A program made the translations under genes and the position numbers. From Massalongia carnosa (Eukaryota), in the NCBI GenBank assembly GCA_965645245.1, contig OZ287081.1:186001-250000 (forward strand): a stretch of 64,000 bases of DNA, written 5' to 3'. The notes beneath the pieces were generated by a model that did no database searches, had not been told where the DNA came from, and saw only the letters and a list, made by a program, of their open reading frames with translations. Shown here in pieces: positions 35,801 through 48,500 of this stretch; the first letter of the stretch is position 1; each line of letters starts with the position of its first letter.

Positions 35801-37532
35801 ATCTAGGTCTGGCCTGCTCGAGATGAAAATTTTTACCAAGTTAGAAGACTTGCCGCTGACCAAGGTGTTTAACTTTTCCATGAAAGAGGCCCTTGTTTCC
35901 TTGTTGCACTCATCCAAAGCGTCCACAACTAGCGTGGTTTGAGGATAACTTTCAATCAGCTGAAGTAGAAGATTAAAACTTTCCTCAATCTTGAGCCCTC
36001 TTAAGGCAAAGCCATTTTCTTGCTCTTTTTCATACTTTTGAAAGATCGGATGTTGAATCGTGTTGCTGCTTTTGACTCTCGACAATTGTCGCACGAAGCT
36101 GCTCATGATTAATGCTGGGTCTTGACGATTAGGCTGATTGCGATCGCAATAAAAGTAGGCCAGCACCTCGTCATTCGATTGCTGAGCAAAACTTTTAGTC
36201 AGATCATCGACGACTGTTGACACAAGTTTAGTTTTGCCAGCGCCAGCTGATAGATACAGTCAGTAAGAAATGCTAGATATTGTATATACATTTACGCATT
36301 CCGTGCAGCCATAGTATTGTAGATGCGGTAGACGCACGCCATTTTACATATCGGTCATGCTCCAGCAGCCAATTTCCTGTCCCCTTCGTCCATCCTTCGC
36401 GAGCAACATAGTGGATGTCCTTGTATAGAATGTCGGATATCCAAGAGAGTATTTTACATTGTTTATCTTCTTCATATTTATCGCTCAAGGCACCCACTTG
36501 ATCTTTGATGCGCAGGATAGGATTTTTCAAATCTTCTAACAAGCTCTCAAGCTTCATGTTTGCCCCTCGGACTCGTATGCGGTCCAAAATTCCTGCCTCC
36601 GTATCTACTTGGGTTTCTAAGTCCTTACAACTCTCAACAAATTTGTGAACTTTCGAACTCAACACACTCCCCAGAGTTCGAGATACAGATCCTTTATCAT
36701 ATTCCTTCTTTGCACGGGCAAGGAATCTTAACACAGCGAGATACAAGGCTGTCAACGCCGTTGTCAAGTTCTCTATTGCAAGTGTGAACGGTCCGGATAC
36801 ATCCGAAGGAAGGTAAAGGAGTTCATATATTGTGCACCGATTGATAAGTTGCGTCACCTTCTCTCCGCCAATAAGTAAAGCTGCCATCAACTCTCTTTCT
36901 CCCACCGCTATCTTTTGCAGGGTTAGGTCTTTTCAAGTTCATTTGAAAGGAAGATCCAATCTCACCTGAAGCAAAAACCTGACTCCCGCCCATGGCAAAG
37001 CAGCATGAACAGGATCAAAATTTACCGCCACGTCTCCAATTTTCTTGAATTTGTTGAGTCCAAAGATAATTTTCTCCGCTAAATCGCGAAGGATAATCTC
37101 TCGGCCTTGGAAACAGACTTTCCATTATTTTTCGCGGCATTTATCTCGTTTCTGCTGAAAAACACCGTGTAATTTTTCCACGATTTCTAGTTTTGAATTC
37201 AAGTATGTCTGTTGAATAGCCGCTCTCTCCTCTAATGATAGTTTCTGTAGCGTAATGTCCCAGAGACTACTCTGAACATTCAGAGCTTGCCCACCCGCTG
37301 AAGAAGATGTTTTGATCGATCTCGCCTCTTCAGTTGAATTCGGAACCGATCCGGAGCCCGTGTTCACCTTGACAGCTGATGTTAGATTAGAGGCAGAATC
37401 AGGTTTCGTTGATTGTGATGTGCAAGTTCCTTGCACTGAAATTCCACACGAGTCCTGTTTTGTCTTACTAGCCTTGTGACTAAAAAATTACCTCAATCGC
37501 TCCCGTTTCCTTTCACGCGGAGAGCTTTCCAT
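32863..37532 (-). pseudogene. Fungal NLR NACHT-ankyrin, copy 2
   Basis: Paralog of 24253-29353 with the same introns. Premature stops at 37125, 35765 and 33397. Confidence 0.93.
33275..34668 (-). repeat. 14 x 99-bp ankyrin repeat array
   Basis: Same unit as 27155-28939, with a different number and order of variable codons. Confidence 0.96.
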
Positions 37533-38578
37533 CGAATCCTGCACCAAATAATGATAGTTGTAGACTAAGGTATTGCGCTGGCAACAGTAGACTCCTCAAA
37601 ACAATGCTGAGGTGTACTGGTGGTCAAGAGAGAGTAAAATTTCTCCAAGACAGGTGGGCGCAGCCTTTTGCTTCCTTAGCACTGATTGGTCCAACTCGTT
37701 TCACCGAATGCATCTAGGCGGCGTACATAGTTCATACACGTCATCGCCAATGATCTTCGAGGTAGATAAGATAAGGCTACATCTTGTGTTGTTCTTCCAC
37801 GAGTTAAACGGGTACGAAGTTCATAGAATAGAACTAATAATTCAACTTCTCCGAGTATGCATGGCGTGTTCTAACGCTGCTGTGAGCATCGTTATTCGAG
37901 AAGTCGGCTACTACGTCAAGCACTACTCTCTAACCCTGAGGATTCTTCCACAAGATCATAATCGAGTTAAACGGGAACGAAGACATTTTATGTTATCAGC
38001 ACTCCATCCAGTCCATCAAATCCATAGAATAACTAGTACTAATGATTCAACTTCTCCGATTATGCATAACGTGATTCTAACGCTGCTTGACGTGGAAGTC
38101 GACTTGTCGAATAACGATGTTCACAGCATCACTCTTCTATGAGCACTAAGCATTCGCTCACTCTGTAGCACAACTTTCACGTTCTGTGCGCGACAGCTCA
38201 ATATCAAAAGAATGCATTCTGCTTTGTTAGAACTGTGAAATGATAGCACTGGGCAATTGATATGACTAGGGTAAGACTGCTCCTATTGATATTGATGCCC
38301 GTCAACCCAGCGATTCCAGAAGTTTCCATTCCCATCTTATCGGCTGTCTCTTCCGATGCGATTTCTGACTCCATGCCAATTTGCCACCGCCACAGGCCAT
38401 TTCTTGCCGAGAGTAGATGCAAATTGCTTTGTCAGCTGGTTTCGGTATTTGGCATCGGTTGCCCGTTTTAACACATTATACATAACTCGTTAACTTTCGA
38501 TATCTTTTAGGTTAGGTGATTTTTGACGCAATCCTTGTTTTATTGAAGGAGAAAAGCAAAACAACATGAATGCATTTA

Positions 38579-39863
38579 CACCTTTTCCGGGGGGTTATTT
38601 GTTAGTGGTGTACATGCAGGGGTAAAAATCCGCTAACCTTTTGAGGTTTACTTCTTAGGCATCTCATCCCAAAAAGAAAATTCATTTCGATCATTCAGAA
38701 TGGAAGCAACAGTGCCCCCCCCCTCAACGCCCAAAAAGCAGTCTGATTTAACGCGAGACCAGCGTATTCAGGTCACCACATTAAGAGAAATTGGATGGTC
38801 ATACGAGCAAATTGCTAAACATTTGGGCATTACCATTCGTCAAGTCCAATACTCCTGCACCGCCGGTCGCCCTACTCCGCAGAAAAAAAATTGCGGCCCA
38901 CGCAGCATTATTAGTGACGATGCTCGTCAAATGTTAATCAATTTCGTATGCGCTTCTGCAGAAAACAGGCGACTTTCTTACGCTCAACTAGCTTGGAAGC
39001 TTGGTTGGAATGTCTCTGAAGATGTTATACGAAAAGCATTGAAAAAAGAAGGATTTTCGAGACGCATTGCTCGTAGCAAACCTCCGATTTCCGAAGTAAA
39101 TCGCCTGCGACGATTGGAATGGTCATTGGAGCATTTAAACTGGACGAAAGAGCAATGGAATTTTATACTGTGGAGCGACGAGACTTGGGTCAACGGCACG
39201 CGTCATCAACGCGTATGGGTAACCAGACGAGCTCATGAAGAGTTGGACCCTACCTGTATTGTTCCTCGTTTGAGACGACAAGGCGGATGGATGTTTTGGG
39301 GCTGCTTTGCGGGCATACAAAAAGGGCCATGTCTCTTTTGGGAGAAGGATTGGGGGACTATCAATAAGGAATCATACTGCGAGCGTATAGTGCCTCTTGT
39401 ACATGGTTGGATACGTATGCATCCGGAGCTACAATTCATGCAAGACAACGCGCCTGGCCATGCAGCAAATTTTACTATTCAGGAACTTCAAGAACGCGAT
39501 ATTTCGACTATTCTATGGCCCCCATTCTCGCCTGACTTGAACCCTATAGAAACTGTATGGGAAATCATGAAAAATTGGATTCAGATGCACTATGGAAATG
39601 AAGACAAACTGTCCTACGATCAACTACGTCAGGCAGTGAGGGAGGCATGGGATGCGGTCGGTGCTGATCAGTTAAATGAGCTGATCGAGTCCATGATGGA
39701 GCGATGTCAGGCAGTTATTGATGCCGAAGGAAAGCATACCAAATTTTAAAGAAGTTTGATTGGTCAACTTTATTGTGCCCGATCTAAAATAATCCCTGTC
39801 TTCCCCCCTGTCTCCCCCCCCCTGCTTTGTACCTCCCTAACAAATAACCCCCCGGCGTAGGTG
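38579..39863 (+). mobile_element. Tc1/mariner (DD34E, impala-like) transposon, copy 1
   Basis: TIRs cacct...ccggggggttatttgttag, flanked by TA; the empty site is in the left arm near 23202. Confidence 0.95.
38700..39749 (+). CDS. Tc1 transposase, intact, 349 aa
   Basis: HTH N-terminus; WSDE, FMQDNA and SPDLNPIE motifs, with 34 residues between the second D and the E. Confidence 0.96.
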   Translation: MEATVPPPSTPKKQSDLTRDQRIQVTTLREIGWSYEQIAKHLGITIRQVQYSCTAGRPTPQKKNCGPRSIISDDARQMLINFVCASAENRRLSYAQLAWKLGWNVSEDVIRKALKKEGFSRRIARSKPPISEVNRLRRLEWSLEHLNWTKEQWNFILWSDETWVNGTRHQRVWVTRRAHEELDPTCIVPRLRRQGGWMFWGCFAGIQKGPCLFWEKDWGTINKESYCERIVPLVHGWIRMHPELQFMQDNAPGHAANFTIQELQERDISTILWPPFSPDLNPIETVWEIMKNWIQMHYGNEDKLSYDQLRQAVREAWDAVGADQLNELIESMMERCQAVIDAEGKHTKF

Positions 39864-39865
39864 TA

Positions 39866-41150
39866 TTTGTTAGGGAGGTACAAAGCAGGGGGGGGGAGAC
39901 AGGGGGGAAGACAGGGATTATTTTAGATCGGGCGCAATAAAGTTGACCAATCAAACTTCTTTAAAATTTGGTATGCTTTCCTTCGGCATCAATAACTGCC
40001 TGACATCGCTCCATCATGGACTCGATCAGCTCATTTAACTGATCAGCACCGACCGCATCCCATGCCTCCCTCACTGCCTGACGTAGTTGATCGTAGGACA
40101 GTTTGTCTTCATTTCCATAGTGCATCTGAATCCAATTTTTCATGATTTCCCATACAGTTTCTATAGGGTTCAAGTCAGGCGAGAATGGGGGCCATAGAAT
40201 AGTCGAAATATCGCGTTCTTGAAGTTCCTGAATAGTAAAATTTGCTGCATGGCCAGGCGCGTTGTCTTGCATGAATTGTAGCTCCGGATGCATACGTATC
40301 CAACCATGTACAAGAGGCACTATACGCTCGCAGTATGATTCCTTATTGATAGTCCCCCAATCCTTCTCCCAAAAGAGACATGGCCCTTTTTGTATGCCCG
40401 CAAAGCAGCCCCAAAACATCCATCCGCCTTGTCGTCTCAAACGAGGAACAATACAGGTAGGGTCCAACTCTTCATGAGCTCGTCTGGTTACCCATACGCG
40501 TTGATGACGCGTGCCGTTGACCCAAGTCTCGTCGCTCCACAGTATAAAATTCCATTGCTCTTTCGTCCAGTTTAAATGCTCCAATGACCATTCCAATCGT
40601 CGCAGGCGATTTACTTCGGAAATCGGAGGTTTGCTACGAGCAATGCGTCTCGAAAATCCTTCTTTTTTCAATGCTTTTCGTATAACATCTTCAGAGACAT
40701 TCCAACCAAGCTTCCAAGCTAGTTGAGCGTAAGAAAGTCGCCTGTTTTCTGCAGAAGCGCATACGAAATTGATTAACATTTGACGAGCATCGTCACTAAT
40801 AATGCTGCGTGGGCCGCAATTTTTTTTCTGCGGAGTAGGGCGACCGGCGGTGCAGGAGTATTGGACTTGACGAATGGTAATGCCCAAATGTTTAGCAATT
40901 TGCTCGTATGACCATCCAATTTCTCTTAATGTGGTGACCTGAATACGCTGGTCTCGCGTTAAATCAGACTGCTTTTTGGGCGTTGAGGGGGGGGGCACTG
41001 TTGCTTCCATTCTGAATGATCGAAATGAATTTTCTTTTTGGGATGAGATGCCTAAGAAGTAAACCTCAAAAGGTTAGCGGATTTTTACCCCTGCATGTAC
41101 ACCACTAACAAATAACCCCCCGGAAAAGGTGTAACCCCCCGGCGTAGGTG
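39866..41150 (-). mobile_element. Tc1 transposon, copy 2, inverted, plus a displaced 17-bp TIR tip at 41134-41150
   Basis: Reverse complement of copy 1 (one substitution seen). The 3' TIR is split at an internal TA. Confidence 0.93.
39961..41010 (-). CDS. Tc1 transposase, intact, 349 aa, identical to copy 1
   Basis: Translation identical to 38700-39749. Confidence 0.96.
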   Translation of the reverse strand: MEATVPPPSTPKKQSDLTRDQRIQVTTLREIGWSYEQIAKHLGITIRQVQYSCTAGRPTPQKKNCGPRSIISDDARQMLINFVCASAENRRLSYAQLAWKLGWNVSEDVIRKALKKEGFSRRIARSKPPISEVNRLRRLEWSLEHLNWTKEQWNFILWSDETWVNGTRHQRVWVTRRAHEELDPTCIVPRLRRQGGWMFWGCFAGIQKGPCLFWEKDWGTINKESYCERIVPLVHGWIRMHPELQFMQDNAPGHAANFTIQELQERDISTILWPPFSPDLNPIETVWEIMKNWIQMHYGNEDKLSYDQLRQAVREAWDAVGADQLNELIESMMERCQAVIDAEGKHTKF

Positions 41151-44100
41151 TAGAGCAGCGTGGGAAGCGAGCCTCTCGGATCCTCGAAATTCGTCGACAG
41201 AGCCCGTCCTTTCTGCCGGTCGGCTGACATACGGCGGATTTATCGCCTGGCTGCAGAGTGATAGCGAGCCGATTGGTAAAGAAACGTATTTCTCCGTCTA
41301 TCGGCAGCAAGTGCGCCCCGTCAATTACCGAGCGTTGCATTTGACCATCTTTATTGGAGATCTTCCCCGAAAATCGACTCCTATGTCGCCTTTAAGCGGA
41401 TGTTTGTTCGCAACCAAGCCTCGCAGGAGATTGACGATCAAGGACAGTTGTACGCCATCTGCCGGGAGATTCAGGCACTCATCCACCCCGCGCTCCGTGA
41501 GCATGAGAGTATCGTGAAGCTGCAAGCGATCGTTTGGGAGAACAGGTTTGGCGCAGGGTATAAGAGCGGAATGCCAATGTGGCCGACGCTTGTGCTAGAA
41601 TATTGCGAGACGACTTTGGCCGATCATCAGACAAACAACCCTCCAATCGATGCCACGGTCAAAAGTATCATCGGATCAAAGATAGGAAGCGGCTTGGATG
41701 CTCTGCATTCCGCGAGCATCTTTCACGGTGATCTGAAAACCGAAAAAGTTTTACTCAAGATTGGGGATGGAGGATCGTTTGAGCCAAAGCTCGCTGACTT
41801 TGGTTGTTCGGCGATAATCGAGAATGGTGATGGCAAGAAGAAATACTGGATTGGTGGAACATCCATGTGGCGCGCCCCAGAGGTAGTCATCTACTCTACT
41901 GTAGGGGTTTTGAGATTAATCTGACGTTTTCGAGGCGGCCAGTGCCCAGACTATTTCGAAGATGTCGATGCAATTGCCGCAACCGACTGGTATTCCTTGG
42001 ACTGCTGTTGTAGCGCCTCTCGATAGATGGCAGAAACCCAATGGATGAATTAGAAATCATACCGACGGAATGGTCTCAGGAAGAAAGACTGTTAGCGATG
42101 CAGTTTCTGAAAGAGACCGATTGTCTTTCCGCTCTCCTTGGTGACAGCACTGCGCCAGACAACTCATTGCCCCTTAGTCGTTTACTAGCGAGCCTTTTGC
42201 TGAAAGACCCCATAAAAAGGCTAGAGGCTATAGAAAAATCCGCACTCGAGGTTGTACCGTTCCTATCGCAAAATGCCCGTATGATTCGAGACCGCGAATC
42301 GGATCTCGAATCAGATCCTATCAAGCTGGATCTCGCTTAGATATGCGTAAGCTTTCTAGCTTATTTGTTAGGTAGGTTTACGTTCTAAAAGAGACTGGTT
42401 TTGGATTTGATAAATTGATCTGGTTTATTTAGGATGGTTGTTGATGATAGAAATCATCTCTAGCTAAATATCTATTTTATCTTATCCCATCACCTTTTGT
42501 GCGTACTCAGTAGCCAGCCATTCACTAAGTGCAACACTTGCTAACCGAGTGACACTTCTATTAGTGGTGATATTGGTAGGCCACCTACCAATTAGTGTGG
42601 TCTAATCGGTTAACAGATCCTGTCCGTCTGCAATCACAGAACGAATATTTAAACGTTATCGAGCAACTATCAAGTCACCATCGTAGCAACAATTCGGAAT
42701 CGTCAAGGGAAGATGAGGAAGAGCCGGATCTTCTAAATATCTTTTCCTTCTTCTCAACTACAACTTCGAAAAGTGTAGTTCCCAACTTCTTGAGTGACCT
42801 CATTCTTTAATGTATGTTATGGTAACCTTTTTAAAAACTAGAAACGTGGTCTCATTGTCTCCTTATGATTGGCAATTTTGACTCTTAAAATAGATACCTC
42901 TTTACCATGGGGCGTGAACATGCGCTCAACTCAGCCATGCGTTCTCGATTAACTCAGGAACTCCTAACGATATACGAAGATGACAACGGAACTAAACATC
43001 TTCACCAGTGCCTCGAGTGCAATTCTTTGAGTAAAATAGACATGGATCCGCATCGATTGACGCCTGACGCTTTGATTAAGGAGTTATAGTAATGTAGCGA
43101 AAGTTTGAAACACACTTGCTTAACACAGCCATCACAACTCAATTCAGCACTTATCAAGTCAGCAGTTCCACGAGCTCTACATAATCTTACTTCATCCAAA
43201 GCCGTTCTTCGAAAGGGTGAGGCGGCCTACCAACTCTTTTTGACCACTATCTCAGGATTCGGCATCAAGAGAGATATTGCTCGTGCTTTTAAGTTCCTCG
43301 AAGATGCTGCCATGTCCGGAAGTCATTACTGCTGTGTTTGGCTCTGCCGACACTCATTTATAAATCGAGATCTTTCCCCTCAAATATCTTTTCGAAAATG
43401 GCTGGCAATAACTGTGTTGTTTGCAGCTGGCATTCCATCCGAGGCTTACCTCGCCTTAGCAGAATTAGATCCCAGCTTAGCCAGAACATTAGCTGTGGCG
43501 AGAAGTAAAGCCTACAACGGCTCTACGGCAAGCTTTGTAAACACGAAATTCAACGCCGTTTGCGATTTGTATGAGACGACCTCGGATCTGTCAATGCAAT
43601 TTTCCCCGATGGCTGATGGATCACCTGCAAGACAGGACGAGTTTTTTTAAAACACGTTATTGCATTTAACCGCTGAATCGGAAAACTCCAACACATCAGT
43701 CCTGGAATACTGCACTTCCGTCCTGAAAATCGACAAGAACGTGCGGAACGCCGATGGAGTGACACCGTTGCTCATGGCTTGTCGTGCTGGGAGGGAGGAG
43801 AAGATTCTGGCACTGCTGCACCTTAACGTAGATGTCGATTTGGTTTATGCTGGCGGTAAAACTCCGCTGCACTAGCTTGGCTTATTGCCGGACCCTACAC
43901 GAGTATTGGAAGAATTCCTCCTACGCGGTGCCGATATCAATGCCCAAGTAACTCAAGAAAGGGCGCTACCAAGTTTTCTTGGCGGGTTGAGAAGTTTCTA
44001 TGTGAAAGGGCCTCCTCTCAACTGGGCAATGGTTATGGGAAATCAGTTATGACTCTATGGAGTGATCTACGAATATTGAATAATTATGCCAAACCCGAAG

Positions 44101-45503
44101 AACAAGAGAGGGCTCTTAAGCTACTGTTGTCGACACCCATTCCGTTCCGTGATTGGGCTGAAGTCAATGCTTTTTATCAATACATTGTCTCAGAGGCTGT
44201 GTCTGAGTGTCGGGGAGAAATCCTAGAAATTGTACTCAACGGTCTCAGCAAGAGCATGGCGACTATAAAAGACGCAGATCCAAGCAGCCTTAAGCACGCA
44301 AAACTTCCGCTCTCACATCTAGCTTGGGTCGAACATCGCCTAGTTCACGAAGCTGCAGTCAGGGGTGATCCTGAAATTTTACACATCGTTCTCGACTACG
44401 GGGGTGACGCAACCAGTATGGACGTGTTTCAACGGAGCACCTTACATCTATTATCAGTTTTCTCGAATAACGCGGAGTCAGCCGGTATCCTTCTCGACCA
44501 CGGTGCTCATTCTCTCCTGGACCACAGGACTGAGTTGGATGGCATGACTGCATTTATGACGGCAGTGGCTAACTGTAATTTCACAGTTGCAGATCGTCTT
44601 CTTCGCAAAACCCCTAACACCGAGCGCCAGACTTTACTCTCAAGCCGTCCGGCAGGCATGGCCTTTGCAGAGCTATCGTTGTTCGGCCACCTTATCGCTT
44701 GGTCGACGACTGTGGGCGAGAAGCCGGTAGAGTACCTCTGCAGCTTGCCAGAACTCCGAGAGACCCCGGATTTGCTCTTTATCGTAGACGAGACCAACAA
44801 ATACTCCGCCCTTATGATGGCCTGCGGTATAAAGTCCGGTGGAGGCATACTCGACACGGAACTATTTGCTTGTTCTCGGAGGAGAAGGACCATCAATCTG
44901 CTGCTGCGCCAACTTCCCAAACAGCACCATATCGACAGTAGAGATAATCACGGCAACACTGCACTTCATCTTGCAGCCTTTTTAGGAAGCAAAGACATGG
45001 CAACTGCGCTTCTGGAAGCCGGCGCAAACCCGAATCTTCTCAACTCCTCAGGAGCCAGCCCCTTGGATGTTTTGTTTGTCTCTGATCCCTCATACCTCTG
45101 GGGAAATCGGGCTTCAAAGAAATTTTTGGTGGAGTGTTTTGAAGCTGGAAGAAACGATATTTGCATGCAGTTGAGGAGTAAAAGTGCAACGCATGCACTT
45201 CCTCTGGCAGTGAAGAATGCCTGGGCTACGCACTTACCTTATCCCTGGGTTCGAAAAATGCAAACATTGTCCTCGTGAAAGTGCCTTAGCAAGCCAAACC
45301 GAACAGATTGTTGAAATGAATTAATCACTTGATGCATGTACAAGTATTTTTGAAGAGAATAATTTCGATTATTGTCTATCGTGGGTGTTTTATGAACATC
45401 TATCAACTAAACTACCCTTAGTCTATTCTGGTCAAGCAGTCAATCAATTATCTAACCTTGTCTATTAGATTAACGTTTTAGTATAACATCAACACTGATA
45501 ATC

Positions 45504-48500
45504 TCACGCAAAACATCTACCAAGCTTGTACACAACGTCAAAAAGAAAAGAAGCTTGGGGGAAGTCTTCTGCCTCAAACTCACTCATACGAGTACTCTGC
45601 CCTACCGAGTCGTGTTCAACGACTCGACCCGTCAAACAAGTTTCGACCACTTCTTGATATATTTTGCCACATCTGGACCCAAGGCTTTCTGCACACAAGA
45701 GTAAGCGGTTTTGCCAGACTTGTGGTTTTCTTGAGTCCCTGTATTTATCTGGCTGGGCCCTGTTGAGAATTGAGCCGAGATGTCTGCTTATTAATAAGAG
45801 CACTAACCGAATGCGGATCAAGCACTAAGGGTTATTTCGGCCGTGGCAACACATCACTAATCATTCGAGATGTCATCCATCTGCCAGCTAAGGGAGGCAA
45901 AACGGAATATATTGTTAGATGGTGAAGCTACCATTGGTTAGATGGTCAGGCTACCATCAATATAGGCATCCATCGTGAGTCACACGGGTGTCTACCAGGC
46001 ACCTATGGAGGTGCCTAACAGGCAGCTATGGAGGTGCCTAACAGGCAGCTATGGGAAGCCTACAGCATTACTGCTGTGTGACTGCTATAAAAGCAGGTAG
46101 ATAGCCCACATAGATAATAACCCTCAATGACATGTATGCTTCTTATTTGCCCTACTTCCGTTTCATGATCAATAGCCTGGTGTTTCAACAGGTTATGAGC
46201 CCGGTCAGCTATTAGAGAAATAAGAAGCCATTGATATTCGACTCCACCCTAATTCGTTTCGTCCCAATGTCTTCATCAGCTGCGTCAACGTCGACCACCC
46301 CGCTGGGGTCCGGAAAAGGGCCGGAAGAAGAGTCGACGAGTGAGAATGTTGATGGCCAGTATAAGGCTGGTGTGGGATTAAAAGGTGAGATTAAGGTGAC
46401 AAAACTGACACAGGATAACTTTCGTACATGGATGAAGATCATGCGACTTAATCTAATCGGTAAGAAGTTGTGGGGTATCGTCGACGGTAAGACAGCACGC
46501 CCCAGCGATTCTAGACCGAATGATCAGACGTCTTGGGAGTTTGATAATGCAACGGTTATGACCTACATCATGACGTCTGTAGACGACGAGCAGTTGCAGC
46601 ACATCGTACTCTTAGACACCGCCAAGGAGCAGTGGGACACGTTGTATCGAATTCATCAGGACATAGGAAAACACGGCTGGTTCCCCTACTGCGAAGACTG
46701 TCAGCGTATCGAGCTGGACCTTCACAGACGGTGGAACAGATCGCGTCGGAGCTTAGAAAGATAGCTTCAATCATAGGAGAAATCAGACTTGAGGAAAAGC
46801 CTTCGGATTTCTTTCTAGCTCGTACCCTTTTAGACTCGGTGGACGGCAGCGCGTATGCAATGGCCCGAGCCCTGTTGGAAGAGAAAGACGATTTGACCAT
46901 GTTGATGGTCATCGAAAAGTTCAAAGAAGTTGAACAGAAGAACAAGGACAATGAGGTAAACATTCACGAAGTTGCTAATAGGGCGTCATCCGATCGAAAG
47001 TTCAGTGGAAAATGCTACCATTGCGACAAAGTGGGGCATATAAAGACCAGCTGTTTCTTATGGTTGAAAACGGATGAGGGCCAGAAGCATCAAAAGGGGA
47101 GTGAGAATACTGATCATATGTCGAATAAAACCCGAGGTAAATCATCGAACGGGGGACGGGGCCGAAAGCCGAAGAAGTCGGAAGAGGCACGACTGACCCG
47201 AGAGGATGAAGATGACGCTCGATCCGAAGCCAGCGATGCTTCAGAGTACGCCAGGATGGCTGTTGAAGACGCTGAAGAATATATTCAGGCCGCCCAATTC
47301 GAAGCCCAGGAGGAATATGCCCTGGCCGCGACTGCACGAATGGGGGCTGGATCTGAAGCCCAGGCCGCTCGATTTGGCGCGATTGCGCAAACGGGGGCTG
47401 GCACTCCATCGAAGGGACTGACTATTGGGGCCCGTACAAGGTAGCGAATCTTCAGGATCGCAATATTTCCTGTCATTTGTCGATGATTTTTCTCGTCGAT
47501 CTGAGGTGTATTTTGGATCGAGGTTGACCCTGAAAGAAAACTTTCAACGATATAAAGCGAAGTTCGAAGTCGAGACTGGAGAGAAGCTAGGTCTAATTCG
47601 TACGGACAACGCAAAGGAATATCACGCTTTGGAAAAAGACCTTCTGAAAGAAGGCATTCAAATGGAGTTTACAGACCCGTACACCCCTGAGCAAAACGGG
47701 GTCGCTGAGCGTCTGAATCGAACCCTAATGCAGATGGTTAGGGCTATGCAACTATGGGCTGGATTGCCCAGGGAATTTTGGGGGGAGGCCTTGATGGTCG
47801 CGAATTATCTTCGGAATCGGCTCCCAACCAATACACACGGAGGGAAAATGACTCCATACGAGGCCTGGTACGGCCGAAGACCGGATCTGGGCCACTTACG
47901 AACCTATGGATGTTTGGTTCATGCCCGTATCCCCAGCGAAAGAAGAGACAAAATGGATGTCGTCTCATTTCAGGGAGTATTCGTCGGGTACCACTCATCA
48001 AAACAATATCGAATTTATAACCCCAAAACGAAGAAAATCGGATGGCATTCGAGCCTTGATTTTTTCGAGGACTGGCCTGGGGGACCATTGTTAAACGTTC
48101 CTACCGAGTCAGGGACATGGGAAATTGACACAATTGACAGCGATTACGAGCCCGACAAGTATCTCGACAATCAACTCATCACCAACGAGGGGGGAGATGA
48201 GGTCATTGGTGATAACGGCCAAAACAAGAATTTATCAGTAGGGGCTGACCCCACATCTCAAATTGAAAATCCTGAAGAGATTACATCGCCAGTGGGAGCT
48301 GATCCCGCCTCTTCAAATGAAGGAATACCCACGATTGAACTGAATGCTCAGTCAAACACAGGTATCCCTGCAACTATCGAAGGCAAATCGCCCAGAAAAA
48401 GGACTCCTACAACGACTGCATTCACCCGATCAAAGAGAGAGAGAAAGCCGTACGACAAATACGCATTCGACAATAATCAAGCTCTTCAAACAAATGACGA

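Larger units (their letters stand above)
38566..45278 (+). pseudogene. Protein kinase-Sel1-ankyrin repeat protein, copy 2 (Tc1 pair inserted at codon 4-5)
   Basis: acaacATG start at 38566 (MNAF|RAAWEASL). Motifs VAFK, IFHGDLK, KLADFG and WRAPE, a Sel1-like repeat and ankyrin repeats. Stops near 42011, 43087 and 43873, and a deletion near 44045. Confidence 0.87.
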
